This document shows, one piece after another, positions 28,548 to 38,489 of a DNA stretch of 64,000 bases; within the stretch, counting starts at the first letter, position 1; the number at the start of each line of letters is the position of its first letter. The stretch is taken from assembly GCA_046582655.1 (NCBI GenBank), contig JAYGDX010000141.1:1-64000 (forward strand), read 5' to 3'. This DNA comes from Candidatus Poribacteria bacterium. GTDB taxonomy: Bacteria > Poribacteria > WGA-4E > UBA9662. Below the pieces are notes generated by a model. That model made no database searches and was not told where the DNA came from. It saw only the letters and a program-made list of their open reading frames with translations. A program made the position numbers and the translations under genes.

Positions 28548-30869
28548 ATGCTTGACTGGTTGATTAAGTATCCAGCTACTATCTTTCAGAACAGCAACAT
28601 ATCGTTCAAGATCCGACTTCCTGGTCTGATTATCTTTATTATTCTCATTGCACTTATTGCCGCGGCAATCTGGTCCTATCGGATTACTATCAACCAAACA
28701 AATGGCAGGAATCGGGGTTTTCTGATCTGTCTTCGATCTTCGATCTTAATGGTTACCGCAATCGCCCTATTGAAACCATTTATGATGATCTACCAAACCG
28801 ATCCTGACACGTCATACTTAGCAATTTTAGCTGACAGTTCAAAAAGTATGCAGGTTGTGGACATGCCTGATGGACAGTCTCGGATGGAGGTCACTAACCA
28901 ACTTCTCTTTGATCCGGATCAAGGGATACTCGAGAAACTGAACCAGAAGTTCAAAACGCGACTCTTCACCTTTGACAGTCAGTTGAAGCGAATCAACTCA
29001 ACTGAAATCACATCGGCAGAAGGTGAAGCCACTCACTTTCCTGAGGCCATTAATCAAGTCGTCGAAGATTTGAAAGGTGTTCCGCTATCCGGTATCGTAG
29101 TTTTCAGTGACGGTGCCGATAAAAGTGGTGTTGATATTTCAAAGCTTGCCCTACAGATGCGAGATCGGAAGTTACCCATCCATGCCGTCGGAATCGGAGC
29201 CTTAGAGAATTTTCAGGATTTAGAAATTTTGCGCGTTGACGCACCTCGTATGGCGGAAGAGGATTTTCCAGTTGACATATGGGTAACTGTTGTGCGAAAA
29301 GGTTATCAAGAGAAAAAAACGACCATTCGCTTGGTTGATAAGAATCGCGTGATAAAATCACAAGCAATCAACTTAGATAAAACCCACCGGATACTTCGAA
29401 TACCAATCAAGTTTATACCTCGGAATTCGGGCACCCAAAAATTTATCGTCGAAATTCCAACCGAAAAAGATGAAGTCATCTCACAAAACAACGCCAAAAA
29501 ATTCCTGATCAAAGTTTCGCCCAGTAAACGAGGCAAGATTCTATTTGTTGATGGTCGTCCAAGACAAGAATTTGCTTTCATCAAGCGTGCTTTGAAAAAA
29601 GATCCCAACATTCAAGTGATTGATCGATACATTACAGATGATAAACATTTCGGTGGCACGCAACAGGGAGAACGAAGTTTTGGCCTTTACCCAGACACAA
29701 TAGAGGATTTATTCGATTATGATGCTATCATTTTCGGTAGTATTAATGCTTCCCAATTTACCAAGGAGCAGCTTGAAAACACAGCCAGATTTGTACAAAC
29801 ACGCGGCGGTGGGTTTTTAATGCTAGGTGGATCTGACTCGCTAGGTCATGCCGAAGCTGAAAGTTCCTATATTAACACCCCAATTGCGCAAATTTTACCT
29901 GTTGAACTTCAACTTGGCACACCAGTTATTAATTCCGCTAACCAGAAACGGCAAAGACAACCACAGCAAAGCCCTACCCCCGGCTACCAGATTAAATTGA
30001 CAGCCGAAGGCAAAATCGATTCACTCCTAACTCTATCAAACAATTCAAAAGATAATTTGGATAAGTGGAAAAGTCTGCCTAATCTGCTTGGTTACAGCCA
30101 AGTCAGGCGGGCCAAGCCGGGAGCTGTTGTATTGGCCATTCATCCGCGAGATCGAAACGAATTCGGGAACCGTATTTTGATTGCCACTCATAATTACAAT
30201 GCTGGTCGGGTAATGGTCTTTACACCACATAGTTCTTGGCGGTGGAAGATGCTTTCTCCTAAGGACGATGATCGGTATCAACGTTTCTGGCGACAGATTG
30301 CGAAATGGCTTATCACCCAACCCAAAGATCGACTCATCCTTGACATTGCTAAAACTTCATACTTGCCCAAAGAACCCGTAATACTCAAGGCATCAGCGTT
30401 CGACCAGAATTTTGAACCGACGGATAAAGCCAAGATCCGAGCTGTTATTACTGGCAAAAACGGAAAGAAGAACGAAGTTAAGTTAGATTCGGTGCTCGGC
30501 GATCCCGGGTCTTATACTGGCCGATTTCTTCCACAAAAGCGTGGTGACTACAAGGTAAATCTAATCGGAAACTTAGCCGGAAAAAATCTAGGAAATCAGG
30601 ATGGGCTTTTTGAGGTTGCCACCTCGGATGTCGAGTATAGTGACGCGAAATTGAACGAACAATTATTAAAGGACATCGCAAGGTTGAGTGGTGGACAGTA
30701 TTACACAATAGATCAGATTGATGAGATGGTTGAGAAAATTCCGCTAGTTGAAAGTTCTACATCAAAAATTGTTGAAGAAGATTTGTGGGATATACCGCTC
30801 GTTTTTGTAATAATCACTCTTCTTTTTAGTATCGAATGGTTGTGGCGGAAACGAATTGGACTTGTATAA
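28548..30869 (+). CDS. Membrane protein with vWA, Ig-like and class I GATase-like domains
   Basis: N-terminal TMs, DSSKSM MIDAS, VVFSDG, GGGFLMLGG, SWRW, C-terminal EWLWRKRIGLV. Confidence 0.85.
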   Translation: MLDWLIKYPATIFQNSNISFKIRLPGLIIFIILIALIAAAIWSYRITINQTNGRNRGFLICLRSSILMVTAIALLKPFMMIYQTDPDTSYLAILADSSKSMQVVDMPDGQSRMEVTNQLLFDPDQGILEKLNQKFKTRLFTFDSQLKRINSTEITSAEGEATHFPEAINQVVEDLKGVPLSGIVVFSDGADKSGVDISKLALQMRDRKLPIHAVGIGALENFQDLEILRVDAPRMAEEDFPVDIWVTVVRKGYQEKKTTIRLVDKNRVIKSQAINLDKTHRILRIPIKFIPRNSGTQKFIVEIPTEKDEVISQNNAKKFLIKVSPSKRGKILFVDGRPRQEFAFIKRALKKDPNIQVIDRYITDDKHFGGTQQGERSFGLYPDTIEDLFDYDAIIFGSINASQFTKEQLENTARFVQTRGGGFLMLGGSDSLGHAEAESSYINTPIAQILPVELQLGTPVINSANQKRQRQPQQSPTPGYQIKLTAEGKIDSLLTLSNNSKDNLDKWKSLPNLLGYSQVRRAKPGAVVLAIHPRDRNEFGNRILIATHNYNAGRVMVFTPHSSWRWKMLSPKDDDRYQRFWRQIAKWLITQPKDRLILDIAKTSYLPKEPVILKASAFDQNFEPTDKAKIRAVITGKNGKKNEVKLDSVLGDPGSYTGRFLPQKRGDYKVNLIGNLAGKNLGNQDGLFEVATSDVEYSDAKLNEQLLKDIARLSGGQYYTIDQIDEMVEKIPLVESSTSKIVEEDLWDIPLVFVIITLLFSIEWLWRKRIGLV

Positions 30870-30884
30870 GAAAAAGGAGAAATC

Positions 30885-31850
30885 ATGACGAAAACCAATA
30901 TTGCACTTATTGGTGCAGGAGGAATGGCGAACGGAGTTCACTATCCATCACTTGTGGAATTTGAAGACGTGAATCTTGTGGCTCTATGCGACCTTGTCGG
31001 ATCAAAGTTACAGGCAACAGCCGAACGGTTCGGGATTGAAAACACGTTTACCGACTACAAGAAAATGATTGAGGCTACCAGCCCCTCAGCCATTTATGTT
31101 CTGATGCCACCCCAACATCTATTTGAACCGGTTATGCATTCACTTGCCCAAGGGCTTGATGTTTTCATCGAAAAACCACCGGCTCTTACACTTCATCAGA
31201 TTAAAGAGATGGCTAGGCTTGCCGAAAAGAACGGTTGCAAGACCATGGTTGGTTTTAATCGCCGCTTCGTTCCGTTAATGCAAAAAGTGAAATCTATTGT
31301 TGAAAGGAACGGACCAATTATTCAGTGTATGTCAACCTTTCATAAGAATAGCCCTTCAGCGCTATATTATAACGGTGTCATTGATGTGCTGACTTGTGAT
31401 GCTATTCATGCTGTAGACGCGCTTCGCTGGCTGGGCGGTGGTGAAGTCAAAGCCGTTGCTAGCGATATTAACGCTTTTGACTCTGAACGCGAAAACAGTT
31501 TCAATGCAATTGTCAAGTTCGATAGTGGAGCGTCAGGTTATTTGTGCACCAACTGGGCTGTTGGCGCACGAATCCACACTTTTGAAATGCATGCACACGG
31601 CATTTCGGCATATATAAATCCAGATTTAGGTGAAAAAGCGGTAATTCATACCAGTGAGGGCATCCAAGAACTTGCCACCAATGAAGTTGCGGGTAGTAAT
31701 GAGAACTATAAAGCTTATGGGTTCTATAACGAAAATCGTCATTTTGTTGATTGTTTGCAACAGAACCTACTTCCTGAAACCAACTTTACTGATGCCATTA
31801 AATCCATGGAACTGGTTGAAAAAATATATCAAAATCGGATTGACCTATAA
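30885..31850 (+). CDS. Gfo/Idh/MocA oxidoreductase (MviM-like)
   Basis: IGAGGMA, FIEKPP, VGFNRRF, DAIHAVD. Confidence 0.93.
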   Translation: MTKTNIALIGAGGMANGVHYPSLVEFEDVNLVALCDLVGSKLQATAERFGIENTFTDYKKMIEATSPSAIYVLMPPQHLFEPVMHSLAQGLDVFIEKPPALTLHQIKEMARLAEKNGCKTMVGFNRRFVPLMQKVKSIVERNGPIIQCMSTFHKNSPSALYYNGVIDVLTCDAIHAVDALRWLGGGEVKAVASDINAFDSERENSFNAIVKFDSGASGYLCTNWAVGARIHTFEMHAHGISAYINPDLGEKAVIHTSEGIQELATNEVAGSNENYKAYGFYNENRHFVDCLQQNLLPETNFTDAIKSMELVEKIYQNRIDL

Positions 31851-31874
31851 ATACACCGAAAGAGCAACTATAAC

Positions 31875-32663
31875 ATGAAAATCCAAAGATCGATTTTTGT
31901 TGTATTCAGCATCTGTTACCTTCTGTCTGCACCAAGTCTAGTCGCCAAGAAGAGCAACTTTAAACCGCCGTGGTACAACTGTGTATACATTGATCAAAAG
32001 ATTGAAATCGATGGCAAGTTAAATGAATCGGTATGGGAAAAAGCACAAGCGGTTCAACTGGTAAAAACTGACACTGGACAATTACCAAACAAGAAAACGG
32101 AAGCAAAAATGCTCTGGGATGATCAATATCTCTATGTCGGCTTTATTTGTTCGGATAATGACATCTGGACAACCATTTCTGATCATGATGGACCAATTTA
32201 TGGCGAAGAAGTGGTTGAAGTCTTTATTGATCCGGATAAGGATCAGAAAACCTATATCGAGCTTGAAGTAAACCCGATGAACGTACTTTTTGATGGGTTC
32301 GTGATTAACGGGAAACAGCAACAGCTCGGAATTAAAGTTTTATTGGATTGGGAAAGTAGAGATCTCAAACACGCAGTTTTTATTGATGGACATCTTAAAA
32401 CAAGTCACCCCAACCAGCGAGTTGAACCTAGCCAACCTGACCAATCGTGGTTCTGTGAGATGGCCATTCCATTTTCAGACTGTATCACCGCACCGAACAT
32501 CCCGCCAAAAAAGGGAGATGAATGGCGACTAAATCTTTATCGTATCGAACGGGGAAAGATCAAGAAAGAAGACGAGTACTCGGCGTGGTCGCCAACACGA
32601 AAAATCGATTATCACCGACCACAACACTTTGGTATCCTCAGGTTTATGGAGTATGAACAGTGA
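31875..32663 (+). CDS. Secreted carbohydrate-binding family 9-like protein
   Basis: IDGKLNESVW, MLWDDQYLYV, VEVFIDP, EMAIPF, WRLNLYR. Confidence 0.88.
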   Translation: MKIQRSIFVVFSICYLLSAPSLVAKKSNFKPPWYNCVYIDQKIEIDGKLNESVWEKAQAVQLVKTDTGQLPNKKTEAKMLWDDQYLYVGFICSDNDIWTTISDHDGPIYGEEVVEVFIDPDKDQKTYIELEVNPMNVLFDGFVINGKQQQLGIKVLLDWESRDLKHAVFIDGHLKTSHPNQRVEPSQPDQSWFCEMAIPFSDCITAPNIPPKKGDEWRLNLYRIERGKIKKEDEYSAWSPTRKIDYHRPQHFGILRFMEYEQ

Positions 32664-32793
32664 TAATTCAAGCCAAGGTATTACACCAAGTCCAAGACCC
32701 GCAGTCACACAATTCTTATCTTGGCAAGGCTGAAACAAATAATCTATCTAACATTTTTGCCGAATCACTGCTGTCGAAGGAAGTTAGAATTCT

Positions 32794-33990
32794 ATGAGTC
32801 TTGATCCTATTGTTATTGGTATTGTCGGGGCAGGATTCGCCGCTTCGTTCCATGTTGAAAATTATCGGCGTGTGCCGGGATTGGACATCCGGATAAAAGG
32901 TGTCACCTCCAAAAAGGCAGAAAGTGCTCAGGCCTTTGCCAAACGACATCAGCTTGAGACAACTTATGATTCTGTTGAAGAACTTCTGGCAGACCCAGAA
33001 ATTACACTTGTTGATCTCTGTGTTCCCAATTACCTGCACCATTCATTCGTTATTCAAACAGCAAAAGCTGGCAAGCATATGGTCTGCGAAAAGCCGTTAA
33101 CAGGTTATTTTGGTGATGGCAAAGAAAAGCTAGTAGGACATAAAACATCTCGAAAGGCGATGTTTGAAAATGCGCTTAAATCCGCCGATGAGATGGTAGA
33201 TGCTGTCAAACACAGCGGGGTAACGTTCTGTTATGCCGAAAACTGGATCTATGCACCCAGTGTGCAGAAAGCAAATAACATCTTGGCCCAAAGTGAGAAC
33301 ACAATTTTTCGTATTGTGGCTGAGGAATCGCATAGCGGATCCCACTCAGATTACGCCAAAGAGTGGCGTTATTCCGGCGGAGGAAGTCTCTTTTATAAAG
33401 GTTGTCATCCTGTAGCCGGAGCACTTTATCTAAAGTACAATGAAGGTCAACGGAAAGAAGGCAAACCAATAAAACCCAAGAGTGTGCTGGCGCAAGTGGC
33501 CAACCTGACCCAGATTGACAGCTTCGTCAACGAAGACGAAAAGTGGGTTCAAAGTGGCTGGAAAGATTGTGAAGACTGGGGGACAATGGTTATTACTTTC
33601 ACTGACAATTCTATAGCGCAGGTCACTGCTGCAGACATTGTGCTGGGAGGTATTATGAACGTCATGACAGTCTACTCCAGCAAAGCTGTCGTTCAATGCA
33701 ATATTAATCCCAACACAAGTATGCTATCCTATGCGCCAAACGATCAAGTCTTAGGCGATGTCTACATACGGGAGAAAGTGGAAACCCGAGCGGGTTGGCA
33801 ATTGACCAACCCGGACGAAGATTGGATGAACGGTTTTCCTCATGAGTTGGAAGACTTTTGCCAAGCAATAGCTGACGGCCGGTCACCCAAGAGTACCGTG
33901 GAGTTGGCGCGGGATATTTTGGCAGTCTGCTATGGAGCCTACATATCAGCAGAAACGGAGAAACGATTTGTATTGTCAGATTGGATGTAA
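32794..33990 (+). CDS. Gfo/Idh/MocA oxidoreductase
   Basis: IVGAGFAA, CEKPLTG, YAENW, HSGSHS, GGGSL..KGCHP. Confidence 0.92.
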   Translation: MSLDPIVIGIVGAGFAASFHVENYRRVPGLDIRIKGVTSKKAESAQAFAKRHQLETTYDSVEELLADPEITLVDLCVPNYLHHSFVIQTAKAGKHMVCEKPLTGYFGDGKEKLVGHKTSRKAMFENALKSADEMVDAVKHSGVTFCYAENWIYAPSVQKANNILAQSENTIFRIVAEESHSGSHSDYAKEWRYSGGGSLFYKGCHPVAGALYLKYNEGQRKEGKPIKPKSVLAQVANLTQIDSFVNEDEKWVQSGWKDCEDWGTMVITFTDNSIAQVTAADIVLGGIMNVMTVYSSKAVVQCNINPNTSMLSYAPNDQVLGDVYIREKVETRAGWQLTNPDEDWMNGFPHELEDFCQAIADGRSPKSTVELARDILAVCYGAYISAETEKRFVLSDWM

Positions 33991-34078
33991 TCAGAAAGGA
34001 AATCCTAATCTTCAATATAGTCGATAAGTTTTTATTAATCTCTCTGAAATCAATTAATAAAAATTAAGGAAAAATAAA

Positions 34079-35482
34079 ATGGTTGGCGAAAAAAAACTTC
34101 TTAACGACCAAGAAATGAGAGATTTTATTCAAAACGGTTACGTTACACTGAAAACCGATCTACCAGCTTCATTTCACAACAACGTTTATCAAAAAGTGGA
34201 GGAAATGTTTGAGGACCATGGCAATCTTGGTAATAACATTCTTCCTCTCGTTCCAGACATGCAAAAAGTCTTCGATCACCCAGTGGTGCACGGCGCGATG
34301 ACCAGTATACTGGGACCAAACTATGTGATGCACCCACACCGCTATTGCCACCTTAATCAACCAGGCAGTCAGGGACAAGGTTTTCATAAGGATAGTTATG
34401 AAGGGGATGAACAGGTGCGCCATCACCGCTGCCGATGGACGATGGCGTTTTATTATCCTCAAGATACCACTGAAGACATGGGGCCGACCGCAGTACTACC
34501 TGGCACACAGTATTACGACACACATGAAACAGCACATTCACAACCGGAATTGTCGCTCTGTGGAAAAGCAGGAACGTTAACGATCGTACACTACGATCTT
34601 TGGCATCGGGCAATGCCGAACCATAGCCAGAAAAAACGCTATATGGTAAAGTTTCTTTTTATTCGCCTTGAAGATCCCCAAGAACCTTCCTGGGATAATG
34701 ACCAAGCAAGATGGCAATCATCTCATAACGGAAACTCCGATAACAGACATCAGTTCATGTGGTCAAAGTTTTGGAACTGGTACCGGGGAAAACAAAACGG
34801 TGCCATCGAAGATATCGAATCAACACGCGAAAACACATCCAAGCTGATAAAAACACTGCAGGATAAAAATCAAGATGAAGCCCTTCGTCTTGAGGCAGCT
34901 TACGTACTAGGAACTATCGGGCCTTCCGTTGTTCCCACCTTGATAGAGATGTTGCGCGATGATTCTGAGGACGTCTCCCATCACGCAACTTTCGCCTTAG
35001 GAGCATCTGGCGGTTCTGCCATCCCAGCATTAATAACAGCGCTAGATGATACGGATGAATCAGTTCGCGCCAACGCTGCTTTCGCCTTAGGTGATATTGG
35101 TCGATCAGCCCAAGAAGCGACACCGAAACTAACTCAATTGCTGAACGATGAATCGGAATGGGTGCGACGTCATGCTTCCGAGGCATTAGGAACAATTGGT
35201 CATCCGAGCGAAGAGACTGTTTCAGCGTTGACGTTGTTGCTACAGGATGAACATTATTGGATTCGTGACAATGCGGCACGGGCACTGGCCAAGATGGGGA
35301 TATCTGCTGAATCTGCGATACCGGCGTTAATCCCTGTGCTGAACGATGAGAATCGATACGTTCGTTTTCATGCGGCTTTGGCCCTGAAGCAGATTGGAAC
35401 TTCTGCAGCGACTAACATTCTTTTCGATCACTTGTTAACCTCGCGCTGGTGTTCGTTGACAAACAGAAATAGCGCTTATTAA
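34079..35482 (+). CDS. PhyH dioxygenase fused to C-terminal HEAT repeats
   Basis: FIQNGYV, FHKD, GPTAVLPGT, LWHRA..KRY; about 6 VR..AA.ALG.IG repeats. Confidence 0.9.
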   Translation: MVGEKKLLNDQEMRDFIQNGYVTLKTDLPASFHNNVYQKVEEMFEDHGNLGNNILPLVPDMQKVFDHPVVHGAMTSILGPNYVMHPHRYCHLNQPGSQGQGFHKDSYEGDEQVRHHRCRWTMAFYYPQDTTEDMGPTAVLPGTQYYDTHETAHSQPELSLCGKAGTLTIVHYDLWHRAMPNHSQKKRYMVKFLFIRLEDPQEPSWDNDQARWQSSHNGNSDNRHQFMWSKFWNWYRGKQNGAIEDIESTRENTSKLIKTLQDKNQDEALRLEAAYVLGTIGPSVVPTLIEMLRDDSEDVSHHATFALGASGGSAIPALITALDDTDESVRANAAFALGDIGRSAQEATPKLTQLLNDESEWVRRHASEALGTIGHPSEETVSALTLLLQDEHYWIRDNAARALAKMGISAESAIPALIPVLNDENRYVRFHAALALKQIGTSAATNILFDHLLTSRWCSLTNRNSAY

Positions 35483-35546
35483 ATTCAGACATTCGCAAGT
35501 CTTTAGGATTATCTTGGTGAACCTACTCAGGTATTGACATAATACG

Positions 35547-36926
35547 ATGAGCAATGTAATTGATTACGGTGCAACAGGAGACGGAATCGCTGATGATACG
35601 GAGGCAATTCTGCACACACTTGATGCAGGCGATGGCACTCTCCAATTTTCATCCGGTAATTATCTCATCACAAGGACAATTCCGATTCGGCTAGATCAAA
35701 CAGGCCGATTCTCAATTAACGGGTGTGGAGGAAGCACCAAGATTCTAATGGCTGGAGCAGGTCCGGCTTTTCATCTGATTGGAGAGCACCATCAATCGGC
35801 TGATCCTGCTAGTTTCAGTCCCGAGATATGGGCCAGCCAAAGGATGCCAACCGTTCAACACCTTGAAATTGAAGGCAAGCATCCAGACGCAGATGGTTTT
35901 TGGATTGAAGGAACCATGCAATCAACTTTGGTTGGAATATTGCTGCGCGAGTTACGAAATGGAATCCATATTCGTCGGCATGCCAGAAATGTACTGATAT
36001 CGCAATGCCATATCTATCATAACCGGGGTGTTGGTGTTTTTCTGGACTCTGTGAACCTTCATCAAGTCATCATCGCTAATTCGCACATTAGTTACTGCTT
36101 ACAGGGAGGTATCAAGGTCGTTAATTCGGAAATCCGGAATTTACATATTACTGGTAACGACATCGAATACAACTACGATGTAAAGGCTGATATTTCGGCC
36201 GATATCTGGATCGATTCCAGTCAAGATCGCTCGTCAGTTCGGGAGGGTAGTATTGTCAGTAACACTGTTCAAGCCAAGTATAGCCCTGGTGGCGCCAATA
36301 TCCTGATGATTGGTCATCATCCAGAGAAAAATCATAAAGCCGGAATGTTTGCTATTTCAGGTAACCTGATTGGTAGTCAGGAAACAAATGTCAACCTGAT
36401 TGCCTGTCGCGGAGTCGTTGTCAGTGGAAATATCATTTACAGTGGACACCACCGTAATTTGCAAGTAGACGGATCACGAAATATTGTTATTGGCCAGAAC
36501 ACTTTCGACCATAATCCGGATTATGAACCCAATCAACTCTGCACCGGTATTCGTTTGACCGACAGCTATAATTGCATATTCAACGGGTCAATTATTCAAG
36601 ACTGTCAAAGCGGTCAACACACGGTTCCTGAATCCAAACCAATTATCCGGAATGGATTATTAGAAATCATAAATTGTCAACGGATAAATGTAAATGGTTG
36701 CCAGATACTGGATGGCTATCCAAACGGTATCTATGTCGACAAATCGAAGGATGTTATTGTAAGCGGCTGCAACATCCTTGATACCAGAAAAGAACCCAAA
36801 ACAGAATTTGCTGTGCAATGGACCGGAACCGGTAGCGGGAATTTTCTGACCAATAACCGCTTGCAGAAACAAGTGGAGATCGATCTAGATTCTGGCGTGC
36901 AGCAAACCAATAACATGTTTGGTTAG
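35547..36926 (+). CDS. Right-handed parallel beta-helix protein (pectate lyase 3-like N-terminus)
   Basis: NVIDYGATGDGIADDTEAI; repeated I.GN.I units. Confidence 0.88.
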   Translation: MSNVIDYGATGDGIADDTEAILHTLDAGDGTLQFSSGNYLITRTIPIRLDQTGRFSINGCGGSTKILMAGAGPAFHLIGEHHQSADPASFSPEIWASQRMPTVQHLEIEGKHPDADGFWIEGTMQSTLVGILLRELRNGIHIRRHARNVLISQCHIYHNRGVGVFLDSVNLHQVIIANSHISYCLQGGIKVVNSEIRNLHITGNDIEYNYDVKADISADIWIDSSQDRSSVREGSIVSNTVQAKYSPGGANILMIGHHPEKNHKAGMFAISGNLIGSQETNVNLIACRGVVVSGNIIYSGHHRNLQVDGSRNIVIGQNTFDHNPDYEPNQLCTGIRLTDSYNCIFNGSIIQDCQSGQHTVPESKPIIRNGLLEIINCQRINVNGCQILDGYPNGIYVDKSKDVIVSGCNILDTRKEPKTEFAVQWTGTGSGNFLTNNRLQKQVEIDLDSGVQQTNNMFG

Positions 36927-36975
36927 ACAAGGCTTTTTTATTTTCCCAAAAACATCTAGGGAGGAACGAGCAGAG

Positions 36976-38424
36976 ATGAAAAATGTTATTGTCATGATTA
37001 CCGACACCTTTCGATATGACAATTTAAGAGATCTAGCTGAACGTCCAGTTCGTACACCCGAACTAGACAAATTCGCGGAAGAACGGGCAACTTCCGTTGA
37101 AAAATTCTATATGGGAAGTTTCCCCACTATTCCGCACCGTACTGATTTTGCTACTGGTGTTCTCGGTTGGCCACACTATGGTTGGCAACCGATAGATGTC
37201 AGTGGGCCAAACCATATCGCCAAACTAATTGGCCAAGCTGGTTATGCGACTCAACTCATTGTTGACTGCCCACACCTTTTTAATTCGCGGTTTCAACATG
37301 ATTTTGATGCCGCCTTTCAACATCGTGGACAGGAAGGAGATAAACCATTACTTCATTTAAATGATCCAATTAAAACCGTTACGCCAGCTAAAAAAACTCG
37401 CACTCACCCAATGTTCCGAGGTCATTCACTAGTTGATACTCACCGGTGGACCAACCGATACTATCGCTGTGAGGCAGATACATTTTCGGCTAAGACATCA
37501 TCCACAACTATTCGGTGGTTGGAAGAAAATAGCCAAGCAGACCCCTTCTTTTTATGGGTTGACTTCTTTGATCCGCATGAACCTTGGGATCCACCGGAAT
37601 ATCTGGTTCGTCGATACCATAATCACTATGATGGTCCACCGATGATGCATCCCAACTATGGTCCTTCCTCCGCCTATACGGCAGAGGAACTACAAAACCT
37701 GTGGGCACACTACGCAGCGGAATCAGAACTGGTAGACCGTGCCATCGGGCGCGTCCTTCAAAAGATAGACGATCTGGAAATCTGGGACAATACCATCGTA
37801 ATGGTTATGTCGGATCACGGCATGTCGATTGGCGAACACGGACAAACGGGCAAATCCAACATTACTGCCGAAGACATCAGATACTGGCCCATCTATCCAG
37901 AGATTGGCCATGCCATATTGATGGTTGCTGGTGGGGACATCCCATCTGGCAATCGATTGGAAGCGATTGTGCAACCAATTGATCTCCTTCCAACACTATG
38001 CGATCTCGCCAACCTAGAGATTAATCCTCTCAAACCGTTTGATGGCATTTCCTTCGCAGATAATCTGTTGCAGGGAAAAGGTAAGCATCGAGACCATGCG
38101 GTAAGCGGCTGTCACTTGAAATCACCAGATTCAATGCCACCCAGACGATCCACAACTCCATTTTTAGTCACTGACCGGTGGGGATACGCGCCAGTTGGAG
38201 CTTATGGAAAGCCTGAGCTGTACGAACTTGGTGTCGATCCGTTAGCCACAAATGATATCGCCGATCAAAATGAACTGATTGTGAATGAACTGCATAGCCT
38301 ATTTATTTCTCATCTGACGCACTATCAAGCTAGTGAGGAGTTCTTATCCTTCTGGCAAAAGTCGCCCGATAATCAAGTGGCTGGAGGCAGTTGGGCTATC
38401 GACTATCCGGAAGATAACAGCTAA
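36976..38424 (+). CDS. Sulfatase-fold hydrolase with Thr at the FGly position
   Basis: ITDTFRYD, SFPTIPHRTDFATG, FDPHEPW, MSDHG. Confidence 0.88.
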   Translation: MKNVIVMITDTFRYDNLRDLAERPVRTPELDKFAEERATSVEKFYMGSFPTIPHRTDFATGVLGWPHYGWQPIDVSGPNHIAKLIGQAGYATQLIVDCPHLFNSRFQHDFDAAFQHRGQEGDKPLLHLNDPIKTVTPAKKTRTHPMFRGHSLVDTHRWTNRYYRCEADTFSAKTSSTTIRWLEENSQADPFFLWVDFFDPHEPWDPPEYLVRRYHNHYDGPPMMHPNYGPSSAYTAEELQNLWAHYAAESELVDRAIGRVLQKIDDLEIWDNTIVMVMSDHGMSIGEHGQTGKSNITAEDIRYWPIYPEIGHAILMVAGGDIPSGNRLEAIVQPIDLLPTLCDLANLEINPLKPFDGISFADNLLQGKGKHRDHAVSGCHLKSPDSMPPRRSTTPFLVTDRWGYAPVGAYGKPELYELGVDPLATNDIADQNELIVNELHSLFISHLTHYQASEEFLSFWQKSPDNQVAGGSWAIDYPEDNS

Positions 38425-38489
38425 TCGTCAATTGATGCCACGATTAACACCTAGATTAATAACGGGTTCATATCCAGAAAAAAGCATAT

